From positions 1,674,001-1,738,000 of the forward strand of contig AP024666.1 in the NCBI GenBank assembly GCA_024346625.1: a DNA stretch of 64,000 nucleotides. Direction: 5' to 3'. Below the pieces are notes generated by a model, which saw only the letters and a list, made by a program, of their open reading frames with translations, was not told the DNA's origin and did no database searches. The translations under genes and the position numbers were made by a program. Below are positions 1 to 10,420 of this stretch, in pieces (position 1 is the first letter of the stretch; every line of letters starts with the position of its first letter). The stretch is from Williopsis jadinii. Its lineage: Eukaryota.

Positions 1-1534
1 TTTACTGTTAGGTTTAAAAGCTATATGGTATAGACGTCTTACTCTTTGTGATGTTTGTATGTTATGTTCGCACTTAAAGCCGGACCGTTATGCAAGTGCG
101 CCTCTTAACTGCCGTAAGGGCTAGAGAAGTAGGTCAGCTTTAGGGCACTATGGACATAAACACATAAAGCCAAAAGAAGTACCGTTCCCATACAGTCTCA
201 CAAGACTGTGGTGATTACAATGTCATAACAAATTAAGCGAAACCTATTTACAAAAGAAAAAAAAGCAGCGTCAAGGCGGCGGAAATCATACATAGTTTGG
301 TCCGTGTGTTCTTCCAAGAAGGCAGGGACCCTTTCAAGTTGACCGTGGGTTGGTAAAAAGTCTCTTTGCTTCTCAGTAAACTCAATTCCTATAAATGAAA
401 CGCTTTATGAAGCTGTGCTTAGAAGCAAAAATAATGTGGGAGAAGTTCCAGTTAGATGTGGACCACTGAATAGCTTCTAGAAATCATTTAGACACGCAGA
501 AAGTTTTTATATCAGGTTTGTAAATTAAGGTAATTTGATCAGGATGAACAAAATTTTGTTAAAACTCAGACCATGAGCTTTGTAGAGTATATACTGTACA
601 TATTAGATAGGCCATATGCACGAAATAAGTGCTTTATTTTGTCTGTTCAACCGTTCAGTTGGTCGGTCGGAGTTGACGGCTGAAACGGTTGATGTGCATG
701 AGCGGCTCCATTTTTCTGCAGAAGTGCATATAGTGTTTTGCCAAACAGTTGTGTTAACTATAAAAGCTGGTGGCTAATGGGTACTATGGTCTGTGTAGAT
801 ATTATGGCGACTCTGGAGTATTCCCATGGTCAATGAGACTTGTATATGTTCTTGTTGGACCTTGCTATCATCCTTATCGTAAAGAAGAATGAAGTACACT
901 TGGACGGGTAGTTATTAATATTGTGCTATCAGATATCCGATCGAGAATCAGAAGAAACAAACAGGCACACTCAGTAACCATTTGGATTCAAGAGTACGCA
1001 ACGTCAGCAAGAAGAGTTGTACTGTTATTTCAGACTGTGACTTGAGTAATATGCACAGTACTCTATCCAAATAAAATTATGGTACAACTTGTGTGTGCCT
1101 GATGCATTGAGCATACTTAAGTAACTTCAATAGACCTTAAATTCTAACCCATGGAAAATTAAACGGTGAACAAATTAGCCGTGGATAAAGACCTACATCC
1201 TGCAGGATGTATCAATATGTAAATTAATTTCCAGTCTTATGACATCGAAAACAAGTTACTTATTACAGATCACATGTCACAGATCATATATCGCATATGC
1301 ACCAGAGAACCTAGTTGTGGTCACCGAATACATTTACATAATATATCAAGGTTTTATAGCTTCTTGAAAGACACATATGTCCTACCCACAAGTGCCGATA
1401 GTTACAGATAGTTACACCCTTATTCATTACTCTGAATTTATATATACCAACATACGGCTCAAATTCCTTCCTGAATTCACAGCTGTGTGAAAAACCACAA
1501 AGTAGGACGACAGATACAACCAAAAATTTCGAAA

Positions 1535-4500
1535 ATGCAGTCATCTATAACCAATTTGATATTTCTCTTCATTTTTGGAACGATTTCCCTCGCTAAAGAG
1601 GTTGATAACGTCTTTACTTCTTTAGATTCCATCAGGCTTTCGTCATCGTCTAGCGGCTTGATTCCTTTCAGTTTTTATGACGTCCAAGTCAGCTGGAATA
1701 TTGATGCCGATGTTGTTGCTACCGGTGATACTTTCAGCTTGAGAATGCCATATGTTTACCAAGTTAGAATTTACAACAGTGGCATCCAGAGCTCTTATTT
1801 CGATATTACGAGAAACGGAGAAACAGTGGCATCTTGTGAAGTTGACAACGCCAGTGGTAGATCCCTTCAGACAACAATCACATGTACTGTGACTGCTGAT
1901 ATTTCAAGTTACACAAGTCTCAGCGGTGTCGTTAACTTTACTGTGGCTTTTGACAACGGTGGAAGATTTGAGACGATGGAAGCAGCAACTCATTGGGTTG
2001 AAGGATGGAACATCGTTACTTTCAATGATGATTTAGTCAATGAGGTTTACTTTGAAGCAGTCAGTACATCTTCTTCCCAAATCTTGAGCAGGCACGCAAT
2101 GAGAGGTGATACCTTCTATTACTACGCATCTCCAGAGAATATTTGTGGTCGTTATAGCATCATGAGTGGTCATTTCACCATGTTCATTGAAAAAAATGGC
2201 TACACAATAGATCTTTACGAAACCCAAGCTGCTACTAGCAATGAGATGAATCCGTTCGGTATGCCAGCTTCATACAACACTCTGGCAGGTGCGAATACTT
2301 ATCTCTTGAGGGAAAATGAAGTCCGTGTTGACTTTGGTCAAATTCCCCGTGGTTCCCGTTTTTGGATGTCAACGTTCAGTGTCAACCATTTCAATGACTA
2401 CAACGACTATAATGTAAGATACTATTACGAGGTCAAATGTTCCAACGGTCGCAGACCTTACGAAAATCGGTCAATTAAGTACTCTGCTCTTACTGCAAAC
2501 GCTGGAGGTGACGGTGAAGCTGTTGCCAGACCCGTTACAATCACTTCTACGAACTCGTGGTCTGGTTGCTCAACTATAACAAGATACACAACAGGTACCG
2601 ATAGCACGGTCTCTGAGATTGTTCGGGTACCTCAATCTTCTTGTGCCACTTCGATTTCCTCAACAAAAATGGCGGTATTGTCTCCAGCTACTTCTTCGCC
2701 TGTTGTTTCCAATTTTGCCGCACCCACATCAGTAGGCAGGGTGTCATCTTCGGGATTCAGCCACACAGATGTCGTTACTACGTCAAGTGATATAGCTGAG
2801 GCTACAACCATTTCCACTTCTGCTTCCACTTGGGCGTCCACTTTCACTGACGGTCGTGGAAGTGCTCTGACGTACGAGGTCAAATCCTCAGCTGAGTCGA
2901 TATCTTCACCATCCTTGGAGAGTATAATTGTTGAATCTACACCCGTGAGCTTCGAGGCCAATGTTGCTGCCAATACTGATTCAATTGAGTTCTCAGATGT
3001 GTACCCATCTTCATCCGAGTCAACTTTAGAAGAGCTGTCGATGCTCATATCAGATGTTGAAGGTACAACAACTTTAGCAGCCGCTGGAATTACCGTGAAC
3101 ACTACACCTGGTTCTTCTGTTGATGGTAGTGAGTTCAATTCTGGTTCTATGGAGTCAGATCACATTGCTGCGGGCACTGTGACGATTAGTTCTCAGGCCA
3201 CATACATACCCTCTTTGGCCTTTTCTGAGCCATTTGACGTTTCTTCGTCAATCGAACCTTTCGAAGTCAGTACTGCTTCTTCTTTTAAGGCGGCCATAAA
3301 TGAATGGACTCGTGAATCATCACCTGTCAGTGGTGAGGTTCCAACTCAGGTAACTTCTGAGACTTTGTCCACTTCTCGTGTCATTTCTGTTACAAACTCC
3401 ACAATGGAGACCACAACCATCGTTTCTTCTGCTGTTCTGTCCGATTCATCTGGACCAGGGGCTTTACAACCGTCATTGTCCTTGGAGAAGCCAAGTGTCT
3501 CAGCTGTTGGTGTTGCTGACTTGTACACTTCCTTGGGAAACTCCAGTGTTGAGGGAGAGGCTTCACAATCTCAAGTATCGGATCACTCACAGCAGTCTGC
3601 CTTGACAAGTCATATATCTTCTACTTCCTTGTTGATCATATCTCCTGCTGTGAGTGATGCAGCTTCACCTCAGATTGATGTCGGATCTTCTGAACCACCG
3701 GTGGTCTACACTGAGACAAGTATTACTGCTGGATACTCAGCTTCAGCCACTTTGTCCTCGATATCGAGTACTATCGGAACTTCTGCCGATGCTGACATTA
3801 TATTACCTGAAGCAACTTTACAATCATTGACATTGTCGTCTTCCCAAGATCTGTATACTTCGCACCTCAAGTTGAACTCTTCTGCAACGAATCCAAGTCC
3901 AGCATCATCAACGAACTCTTATTTCAATATCAGTGGAAAATCTGAGTCAGTCAATTCTATCACTGAAGGTGAAACATCTTCTTTGCCACAGATCAAGTCC
4001 GCTTCAACCTTATATTCATATTTGACTTCCCTTCTTTCAGGATCAAGCTCACCAAGTCCATCTACATCAAGTTTTGTTATCACCAGTTCACGAATGGAAA
4101 ACTCATCTAGTGAACAATTACAAGGCCAATACACATCTGAAATTGTTGAAACAGATGAATCCACTGGGGTATTTTCCTCATCAGCAAGTGTTGTTTCTGA
4201 ATTAACAGCTGTTATTCCTTCTTTAGAGGTTTTTCCAAATGAAACAACATTCTCTGAGGTGATTTCGTCTTCTGCTATTCCATTGTTGTTGGGTGTATCC
4301 TTTGCTGCCACTCGAGAGTCATCTACTCCAGATGAAGCGACGGTATTGGAATCACATGATTACTCCTCAGTGACAAGTGATGAACCATACATGACTACTT
4401 CGACTGTGTCATCTCAGGAGTTCTCCAGTGTCTCCAATATTTCCAGTACTTCTAGTGTGTCGGTTACTTCTCAGGATCAAATCTCATTGTCAGGACATCA

Positions 4501-7480
4501 TACTGTTTCGACAGCACTTTCTCCTGAACCACGTTATTTTGCAACAGCGACGTTATCGAGCATAAGTGGGACATACAGTTCAATCGAGATGTTGGTATTG
4601 GACCTGTCATCGAAGGAGTCCTCAGAATCATCATTGTATCCAATCAGCTCCTCCATCTTTGGCTCACCTTTATGGCTAAATGCATCCTCTACTGTGTCAA
4701 ATAACTTCCTAGATACTACATCAGAGTCAAGAACCACCACTTTCTCCCAGGCAATAGTCACTTCTGAAAGTATCATTTCTTTAATTGGGGCATCCACACT
4801 GGGTCTTTCTGTTCCTTCTGATGTGCACTCGTTACTAAGTGAAAGCACACCTTCCACCACAGACCTGTCCAGTACTTTGACTTCTTCGGAATATTCTAAC
4901 ACCTTATGGAATACTTTTGCTGTGCCATCCAGTGTCAAGTCCACTATTGCTAATTCTGAGACCTTATATTTGGTATCATCAGGCTCAGGATTGTCTGATA
5001 CTATTGGACTAGAATCATCATTGAATTCCAATCATCAGGCGTTGACTTTATCCAGTGGGATTGAGAACTCCTCTTCGTCAACATTGCACTCAGAATTCCA
5101 CGAAACAACATCTTATGTATCAACAGTGTCGGAACCTACATCATTTCAGGTTAATGAGCACACAAGCGGGGTGAGCGTGTACTCTACTTCATATTCCCCA
5201 AGCATTATCCCTGGTGAGTCAGTTCCAGTGTCGTCGGAATCGTCACCAGTGTCATATGACAATTCTTCAACGTTGAGTTCAATTATCGAAACAACAGATC
5301 TGTTTGAAGTTAAAAATCTAGTATACAGCTCTACTGTTGTTAGATCAGAAACCTCTTCATCATCCGAAGGTGTCATTGGTGTTACTTCCACTCTGACCTC
5401 AACTGCTGTTGATGAAACTTCTGGCCTTGAGGCTCTGGCTGTGTTTGAGACAACACTTGCGGAGGTGTCATCTATGTCTTCTACTGAAATGCAAACCCTC
5501 ACAATGCCAACTGATAAGACTGTTTCAACACTATCTTTTGAGATACCCTCTGTATCGTTCTCAGAGAACTCTTTGTTGTCCGTGGAAACTCCAAGTTCAT
5601 CCCAATTTTCAGAGGAATTGAGCTTATTGTCCCAGTCACAATCCAAAAGCTTTACCAGTACAAATGAAACCAAGAGTTATTCTTCTTCATCAGTAACCGA
5701 TGAATACACGCTGGCACCAGGAAGAACTTTGGTCACAACATTTAATATTTCATACTCAGATATCAGGCCAGTTTCACTTGATGTGCCAGACATTTCTGCT
5801 GAATCGTATAAAACTCCTGTGTTTAGCAGCGACTTAAGCTTCGTTAGCACCACTGATTCAGTGACCATTTCATCTGTTGTCGACATTGTGACTGCTACAT
5901 CCTCAGTTGGTGAATCAGTTGAGAGTATGCAGAACTCAACATCTTCTGGAGAGACAGGTATTAGAGGGTTTAATATATCCATTACTTCAGCCGGCATTGA
6001 AACGAAGTCCTCTGATCCATCCATCAGACCAGAAGTTGAATCAACACCTTCGGGTATTTCTGATATTTGGAGAGAATCTAGTGCTATCAGTTCAAAATCA
6101 GAATTTGAAACTTCTGTTCCTTCTTTACGTTTCTTGAACTCAGGTACATTGTTGGACCCTAGAAGTAGAACTACATTAGGAAGTGATGTTTCAATTGGAC
6201 TATTATCTGTCGTCATGACTGGTGTTGTTTCCACCTCAGATGATAAAACAACAATTATGAGTACACCAGCAAAGACTAGAAGTATCAGATCAACGATCAG
6301 CACTGCTGTAACTGGTGGCTTATCAACTAGTGAAGTTACTTATTCGCCTGTGAGCACTCTACTCTCTGTGGGCACAAATCATAGTTCTACTATTGAATCT
6401 AATGTTGCTGTTCCTGAAAATATATCGAAAGTTATTTCCTTTGAAGGGATTACTGCTAATTCGACTTATATGTCTTCTGATTCAATCCACTTATCGGGAT
6501 CATCATATGTTGAGACCAATACTAATTCTGAAGTTGAAACTTTCACACTTTTAGCTGGAGGAACATTGACCAGTACTGGAACAACAAGTGGAATACCATC
6601 AACATCTGGTTCTTCTATGTCCACTGATGTAACCATCGGGCTTACCTCATCAGGGTCACTGAACATCATTGAAACTCCATCATCTCGATTTGTGAGTACA
6701 GAATCATTATCGTATTTTTCAGACAATGCTGTATCGTCGTTTCTTAACTCAAACAGCTCTTTTATACCCACGCAAACTGGTCTCATTTCGACAACTATCC
6801 CAACCGAGTCATATTTGGTTTCTTCTCCTGGAAGAAATGGTACTTCGTCAGAATCCACTTCAATACAAAAAGAGGCTATTACATCAAGTGAAACAAACTA
6901 TGGAACTGTTATCACTCCAAAAATTACGCATATATCTCTGGCTTCAACTGCAACTCCCTCTGGTGACTTGATCGATACATCTTATTATAACTCTGAAGGT
7001 ACCCACAGTCCTTACATCACTACAGTGGTTAACGGTACATCTTCTATTATCATCCCAGTTGCTAGTGCTTATACAGACCCAGGGGTTAGTACTTCTAGCT
7101 CCAACAGTGATATATCACTAAGCAATGGTGATACAGATGATTCCGTTGATAACATTGGTATCAACTCTGCAAATGACTTTACACTATCATTGATAGCAGA
7201 AGGAGAAACAAGTACATCCATTATACCAGCTATTCCAACCGGTGGCACAAGCATTTACTTTGCTGCCTATTCAAATACTGGATCCACTGCAACAACCACG
7301 TTGTCCTCCCTACAGACCGCAGTGACAACGGACTCATATAACACTCCATCTTCATCATTACCTTTTGCTTTGGGAACAGACATTCCACTCATTTCTGTAT
7401 CTACCAATGCTGGTTCTAGAGCTCAAGCCACACTTGGTGGTATTATTACCATGATTCTTGTTCATCTGTTTGTGATTTGA
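1535..7480 (+). CDS. ALS/agglutinin-like GPI-anchored cell-wall adhesin (~1981 aa)
   Basis: First ATG is at 1535 (MQSSITNLIFLFIFGTISLA, signal peptide). The N-terminal ~330 aa resemble the Candida ALS_N domain (V.WNID...GDTFSLRMPYV, A.C, I.CTVT, SG.V.F.V.F..GG, G.N.VTFND). A very long Ser/Thr-rich stalk follows, then a GPI-type C-terminus (STNAGSRAQ...IITMILVHLFVI). Confidence 0.85.
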   Translation: MQSSITNLIFLFIFGTISLAKEVDNVFTSLDSIRLSSSSSGLIPFSFYDVQVSWNIDADVVATGDTFSLRMPYVYQVRIYNSGIQSSYFDITRNGETVASCEVDNASGRSLQTTITCTVTADISSYTSLSGVVNFTVAFDNGGRFETMEAATHWVEGWNIVTFNDDLVNEVYFEAVSTSSSQILSRHAMRGDTFYYYASPENICGRYSIMSGHFTMFIEKNGYTIDLYETQAATSNEMNPFGMPASYNTLAGANTYLLRENEVRVDFGQIPRGSRFWMSTFSVNHFNDYNDYNVRYYYEVKCSNGRRPYENRSIKYSALTANAGGDGEAVARPVTITSTNSWSGCSTITRYTTGTDSTVSEIVRVPQSSCATSISSTKMAVLSPATSSPVVSNFAAPTSVGRVSSSGFSHTDVVTTSSDIAEATTISTSASTWASTFTDGRGSALTYEVKSSAESISSPSLESIIVESTPVSFEANVAANTDSIEFSDVYPSSSESTLEELSMLISDVEGTTTLAAAGITVNTTPGSSVDGSEFNSGSMESDHIAAGTVTISSQATYIPSLAFSEPFDVSSSIEPFEVSTASSFKAAINEWTRESSPVSGEVPTQVTSETLSTSRVISVTNSTMETTTIVSSAVLSDSSGPGALQPSLSLEKPSVSAVGVADLYTSLGNSSVEGEASQSQVSDHSQQSALTSHISSTSLLIISPAVSDAASPQIDVGSSEPPVVYTETSITAGYSASATLSSISSTIGTSADADIILPEATLQSLTLSSSQDLYTSHLKLNSSATNPSPASSTNSYFNISGKSESVNSITEGETSSLPQIKSASTLYSYLTSLLSGSSSPSPSTSSFVITSSRMENSSSEQLQGQYTSEIVETDESTGVFSSSASVVSELTAVIPSLEVFPNETTFSEVISSSAIPLLLGVSFAATRESSTPDEATVLESHDYSSVTSDEPYMTTSTVSSQEFSSVSNISSTSSVSVTSQDQISLSGHHTVSTALSPEPRYFATATLSSISGTYSSIEMLVLDLSSKESSESSLYPISSSIFGSPLWLNASSTVSNNFLDTTSESRTTTFSQAIVTSESIISLIGASTLGLSVPSDVHSLLSESTPSTTDLSSTLTSSEYSNTLWNTFAVPSSVKSTIANSETLYLVSSGSGLSDTIGLESSLNSNHQALTLSSGIENSSSSTLHSEFHETTSYVSTVSEPTSFQVNEHTSGVSVYSTSYSPSIIPGESVPVSSESSPVSYDNSSTLSSIIETTDLFEVKNLVYSSTVVRSETSSSSEGVIGVTSTLTSTAVDETSGLEALAVFETTLAEVSSMSSTEMQTLTMPTDKTVSTLSFEIPSVSFSENSLLSVETPSSSQFSEELSLLSQSQSKSFTSTNETKSYSSSSVTDEYTLAPGRTLVTTFNISYSDIRPVSLDVPDISAESYKTPVFSSDLSFVSTTDSVTISSVVDIVTATSSVGESVESMQNSTSSGETGIRGFNISITSAGIETKSSDPSIRPEVESTPSGISDIWRESSAISSKSEFETSVPSLRFLNSGTLLDPRSRTTLGSDVSIGLLSVVMTGVVSTSDDKTTIMSTPAKTRSIRSTISTAVTGGLSTSEVTYSPVSTLLSVGTNHSSTIESNVAVPENISKVISFEGITANSTYMSSDSIHLSGSSYVETNTNSEVETFTLLAGGTLTSTGTTSGIPSTSGSSMSTDVTIGLTSSGSLNIIETPSSRFVSTESLSYFSDNAVSSFLNSNSSFIPTQTGLISTTIPTESYLVSSPGRNGTSSESTSIQKEAITSSETNYGTVITPKITHISLASTATPSGDLIDTSYYNSEGTHSPYITTVVNGTSSIIIPVASAYTDPGVSTSSSNSDISLSNGDTDDSVDNIGINSANDFTLSLIAEGETSTSIIPAIPTGGTSIYFAAYSNTGSTATTTLSSLQTAVTTDSYNTPSSSLPFALGTDIPLISVSTNAGSRAQATLGGIITMILVHLFVI

Positions 7481-8604
7481 GCATTGTGATTTTGGCGGGT
7501 CATTTTATCATTTCTCTTTCTCTTTCGTTTCCGTCTCTTGTTTCTTCTTTCAAACCCATATTGGTTGACACTTATTTCCTGTGATTATTCTATATCAATT
7601 TATATATTCGTTGTATTTATCTGTGTCAATGTAGCAGCATTACAGGTAAAGTTGGATCACAGATTGTGCTCTTGTTAGAGTATACAAAGTATATCAGCCT
7701 GTTTAAAGTATTTACAACGAACACATGAAGGCTCTTTCGATGTTATCTACATAGCAACTTTCGTCCAAAGCACCAAGAGAACCGGAGGCATTGAAAATTG
7801 GATAATTGAAGAGGGAACACACAACTTGGTCAAATCTCGTCGAACAGAGTGTTCTAAACGTTGGCTACAAGTTCTCATAGAAGACTTTGTCTGATAAAGC
7901 TGAAAACAGTCACGACAAAGACCCAAGAAGTCGAATTACGAGCCAGTTTGTCTGTGCGTGAGCCCTCGAGCAGCTCGATAGAACGACAATCAGAAGTGAA
8001 GAAGAAGAAGTCGAGCAAGACTCATTACATAGAACCAAACCAGGAAAAAGTAGATATGAAGCTCATAGCTCCACATCAAGTTGCAGAAGTTGGCTACTGT
8101 TTTATGTCTCCTTTATAACTCATAAACCCACTACTCACGTGACCACACATATAAGCTGGTGCGCAGATATGAGATTTGGCATAGCTGTTTGTTAACGGAT
8201 AATTCGAAGGCAAATGAAAGAGCTGGGTATCGAGTTATCACCACCTTCCAAAGAAGTTGTGGTCTTATTCACTCATCAAGTTATCTCCTCATACCCCCGG
8301 GTAACTCCCACAATCTCCGAACTCCGACTCCAAATGCCGATCGCATTATTCTATACGATGACCCATAATCGTTCCATCACCTGGTTATACATTTTTTACC
8401 TACTCGGCTGATTTTCGCCTTCTTGTGCTTCCCTTTTATGCCCCCACACAACTGCTAGAGTCATCATTAAGAGGTCATCCTCCAGCTTCTTTTGTTGGAT
8501 TTAATACGCTTTGTCTCTTCTTCATTTCCCACTGTGTTGGGGTGTTTTAGACGGGAGAAAAGTTTTCCATCATCATTTTGGAGGAAACGTATAACTGAAT
8601 AACG

Positions 8605-10029
8605 ATGGCTGAACTACAGAACTCGTTCTCTAAGGCAGAGTCCATCAATACCACCGAAACCAAGTTATCACCTGAGTTCACAGATGGTGAATTCTCTGAG
8701 ATTGAACGTCGGCTGCTCAAGAAGTTTGATTTTATAGTGCTGCCATGTATTGCACTGATCTACCTTTTTTCCAATCTTGACAAGTCCAACATTGGTAACG
8801 CCAACGCCGCAGGGATGTCCACTGATCTCGGATTGACAGAAGCACAGTATGGTAACGTTATTAGTCTGTTGTTTGTTACCTATGTGGTATTCGAAGTGCC
8901 GTTTGCCCTCCTGTTGAAGTACGTTGGCTGTAAGAAGCTTCTAACAGTGCTGGTTTTCGCATTTGGAGTGGTTTCTCTCTGTACGGCTTTTGTTACCAGT
9001 TATGGCTCGCTATTGGCATGTCGTATCCTGCTCGGGTTTTGCGAATCAGGTATTATTCCAATCATAAACGTCTATCTCGGGATGGTCTATACGAGAGGTG
9101 AAATGGCCAAACGTTGTTCCTTCGTTTACAGTGCAAGTGCACTTGCTGGTGCTTTTGGTGGTTTATTGGCATATGGGTTGATTAGAATTCAAGGCTGGGA
9201 TGGCTGGAGATGGTTATTTGCCATCGAGGGCGCAATGACCGTGGTTTCATGTCCAATCATTGCTATATTGTTACCAAACGAACTGACCAATGTTTGGTGG
9301 TTAGAACAGGATGAGAGGGAGGTACTAAAACAGAGGTTCGCCACTTATCCAGACTTCTTCCATGACGAGCCATTCCAATGGAGCGAAGTGCTACGATCCA
9401 TAAAGGACATCAACAACATTGTCATATGTGCGTACGAGTTCTGTGTGGACTACACTCTCTTTGGAATTTCAACTTTCCTCCCTTCGATTATCAAAACCAT
9501 GGGCTATGATAAGTACGAAACCCAACTGCTGACGATCCCGGTGTATGCCGTTGCGTTTCTCTCGTTTTTCATAGTGGCCTATATATCAGATCTGAGGCAG
9601 CACCGTGGTGGATTCCTCATCTTTGGAGCAGTCTTCGAGGTGATTGGTTACATCATCTTAGTAGCAACAACTCGTTCCGGCCCAAGGTATGCGGGATGCA
9701 TGCTTATTGGTGTTGGAATGTACGTTTGCTCCGCGTTGAGTATCCTGTGGGCCAATAATAACAACGCAGGCCACTACAAGAGAGCCACCATGGGGGGACT
9801 TATCACCGCAGTCGGGTCCACTTCAGGTGTTCTAATTGGACAGGTGTACAAGGGGAACTTCCACAAGGGTTTCAGCATTGGCCTGGGAATGTCCTCCGCC
9901 GCTATCCCAATGGTCATCGCCGTGATGTACAACCTATGGACCACGAACAGAACAAGAATCGCCCAGGGACAGGACACAAGACTCAAAGCCAAGGATGACA
10001 GAGATGTGAACTTCCAATTCGTGCTATAA
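8605..10029 (+). CDS. MFS transporter, anion:cation symporter (Dal5/Tna1-like) family
   Basis: 474 aa with ~12 hydrophobic segments and family motifs LDKSNIGNA, YVVFEVP, RILLGFCESG and GWRWLFAIEG. Confidence 0.9.
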   Translation: MAELQNSFSKAESINTTETKLSPEFTDGEFSEIERRLLKKFDFIVLPCIALIYLFSNLDKSNIGNANAAGMSTDLGLTEAQYGNVISLLFVTYVVFEVPFALLLKYVGCKKLLTVLVFAFGVVSLCTAFVTSYGSLLACRILLGFCESGIIPIINVYLGMVYTRGEMAKRCSFVYSASALAGAFGGLLAYGLIRIQGWDGWRWLFAIEGAMTVVSCPIIAILLPNELTNVWWLEQDEREVLKQRFATYPDFFHDEPFQWSEVLRSIKDINNIVICAYEFCVDYTLFGISTFLPSIIKTMGYDKYETQLLTIPVYAVAFLSFFIVAYISDLRQHRGGFLIFGAVFEVIGYIILVATTRSGPRYAGCMLIGVGMYVCSALSILWANNNNAGHYKRATMGGLITAVGSTSGVLIGQVYKGNFHKGFSIGLGMSSAAIPMVIAVMYNLWTTNRTRIAQGQDTRLKAKDDRDVNFQFVL

Positions 10030-10420
10030 ACCTGTTCAAACACGTTATGACTAAACATTTTGATTTGCTTTGCTTCCTTCAACTGTGTCCAAATTCTGTA
10101 GAGGCCCCGATTTTAAAGTTTTAAACCCGTGAGGCTGCATATGCGCGCGCTGCCTCAACGGCCAACCAAAGTTAAACGGCCAACTCGCTAAGAAAAACAA
10201 CACAAACACAAACACAGGGCGTGCAACGAAGAAAAACATCACAAGAGCAAAATTAATACCGGAGCGTTTTTCTCTTGCTTTCTGTTGCTTGAAAATTTAA
10301 GCGGGGGTTTCCATTGATAACGGGAAAATTTTTTTCATCACGTCTCTTACACTTCCCACTGATCGTTTGCCACTACAACTGCCCCCTGTATCTTTGTGTT
10401 GAGTGTTGGTGGAAGCGATT

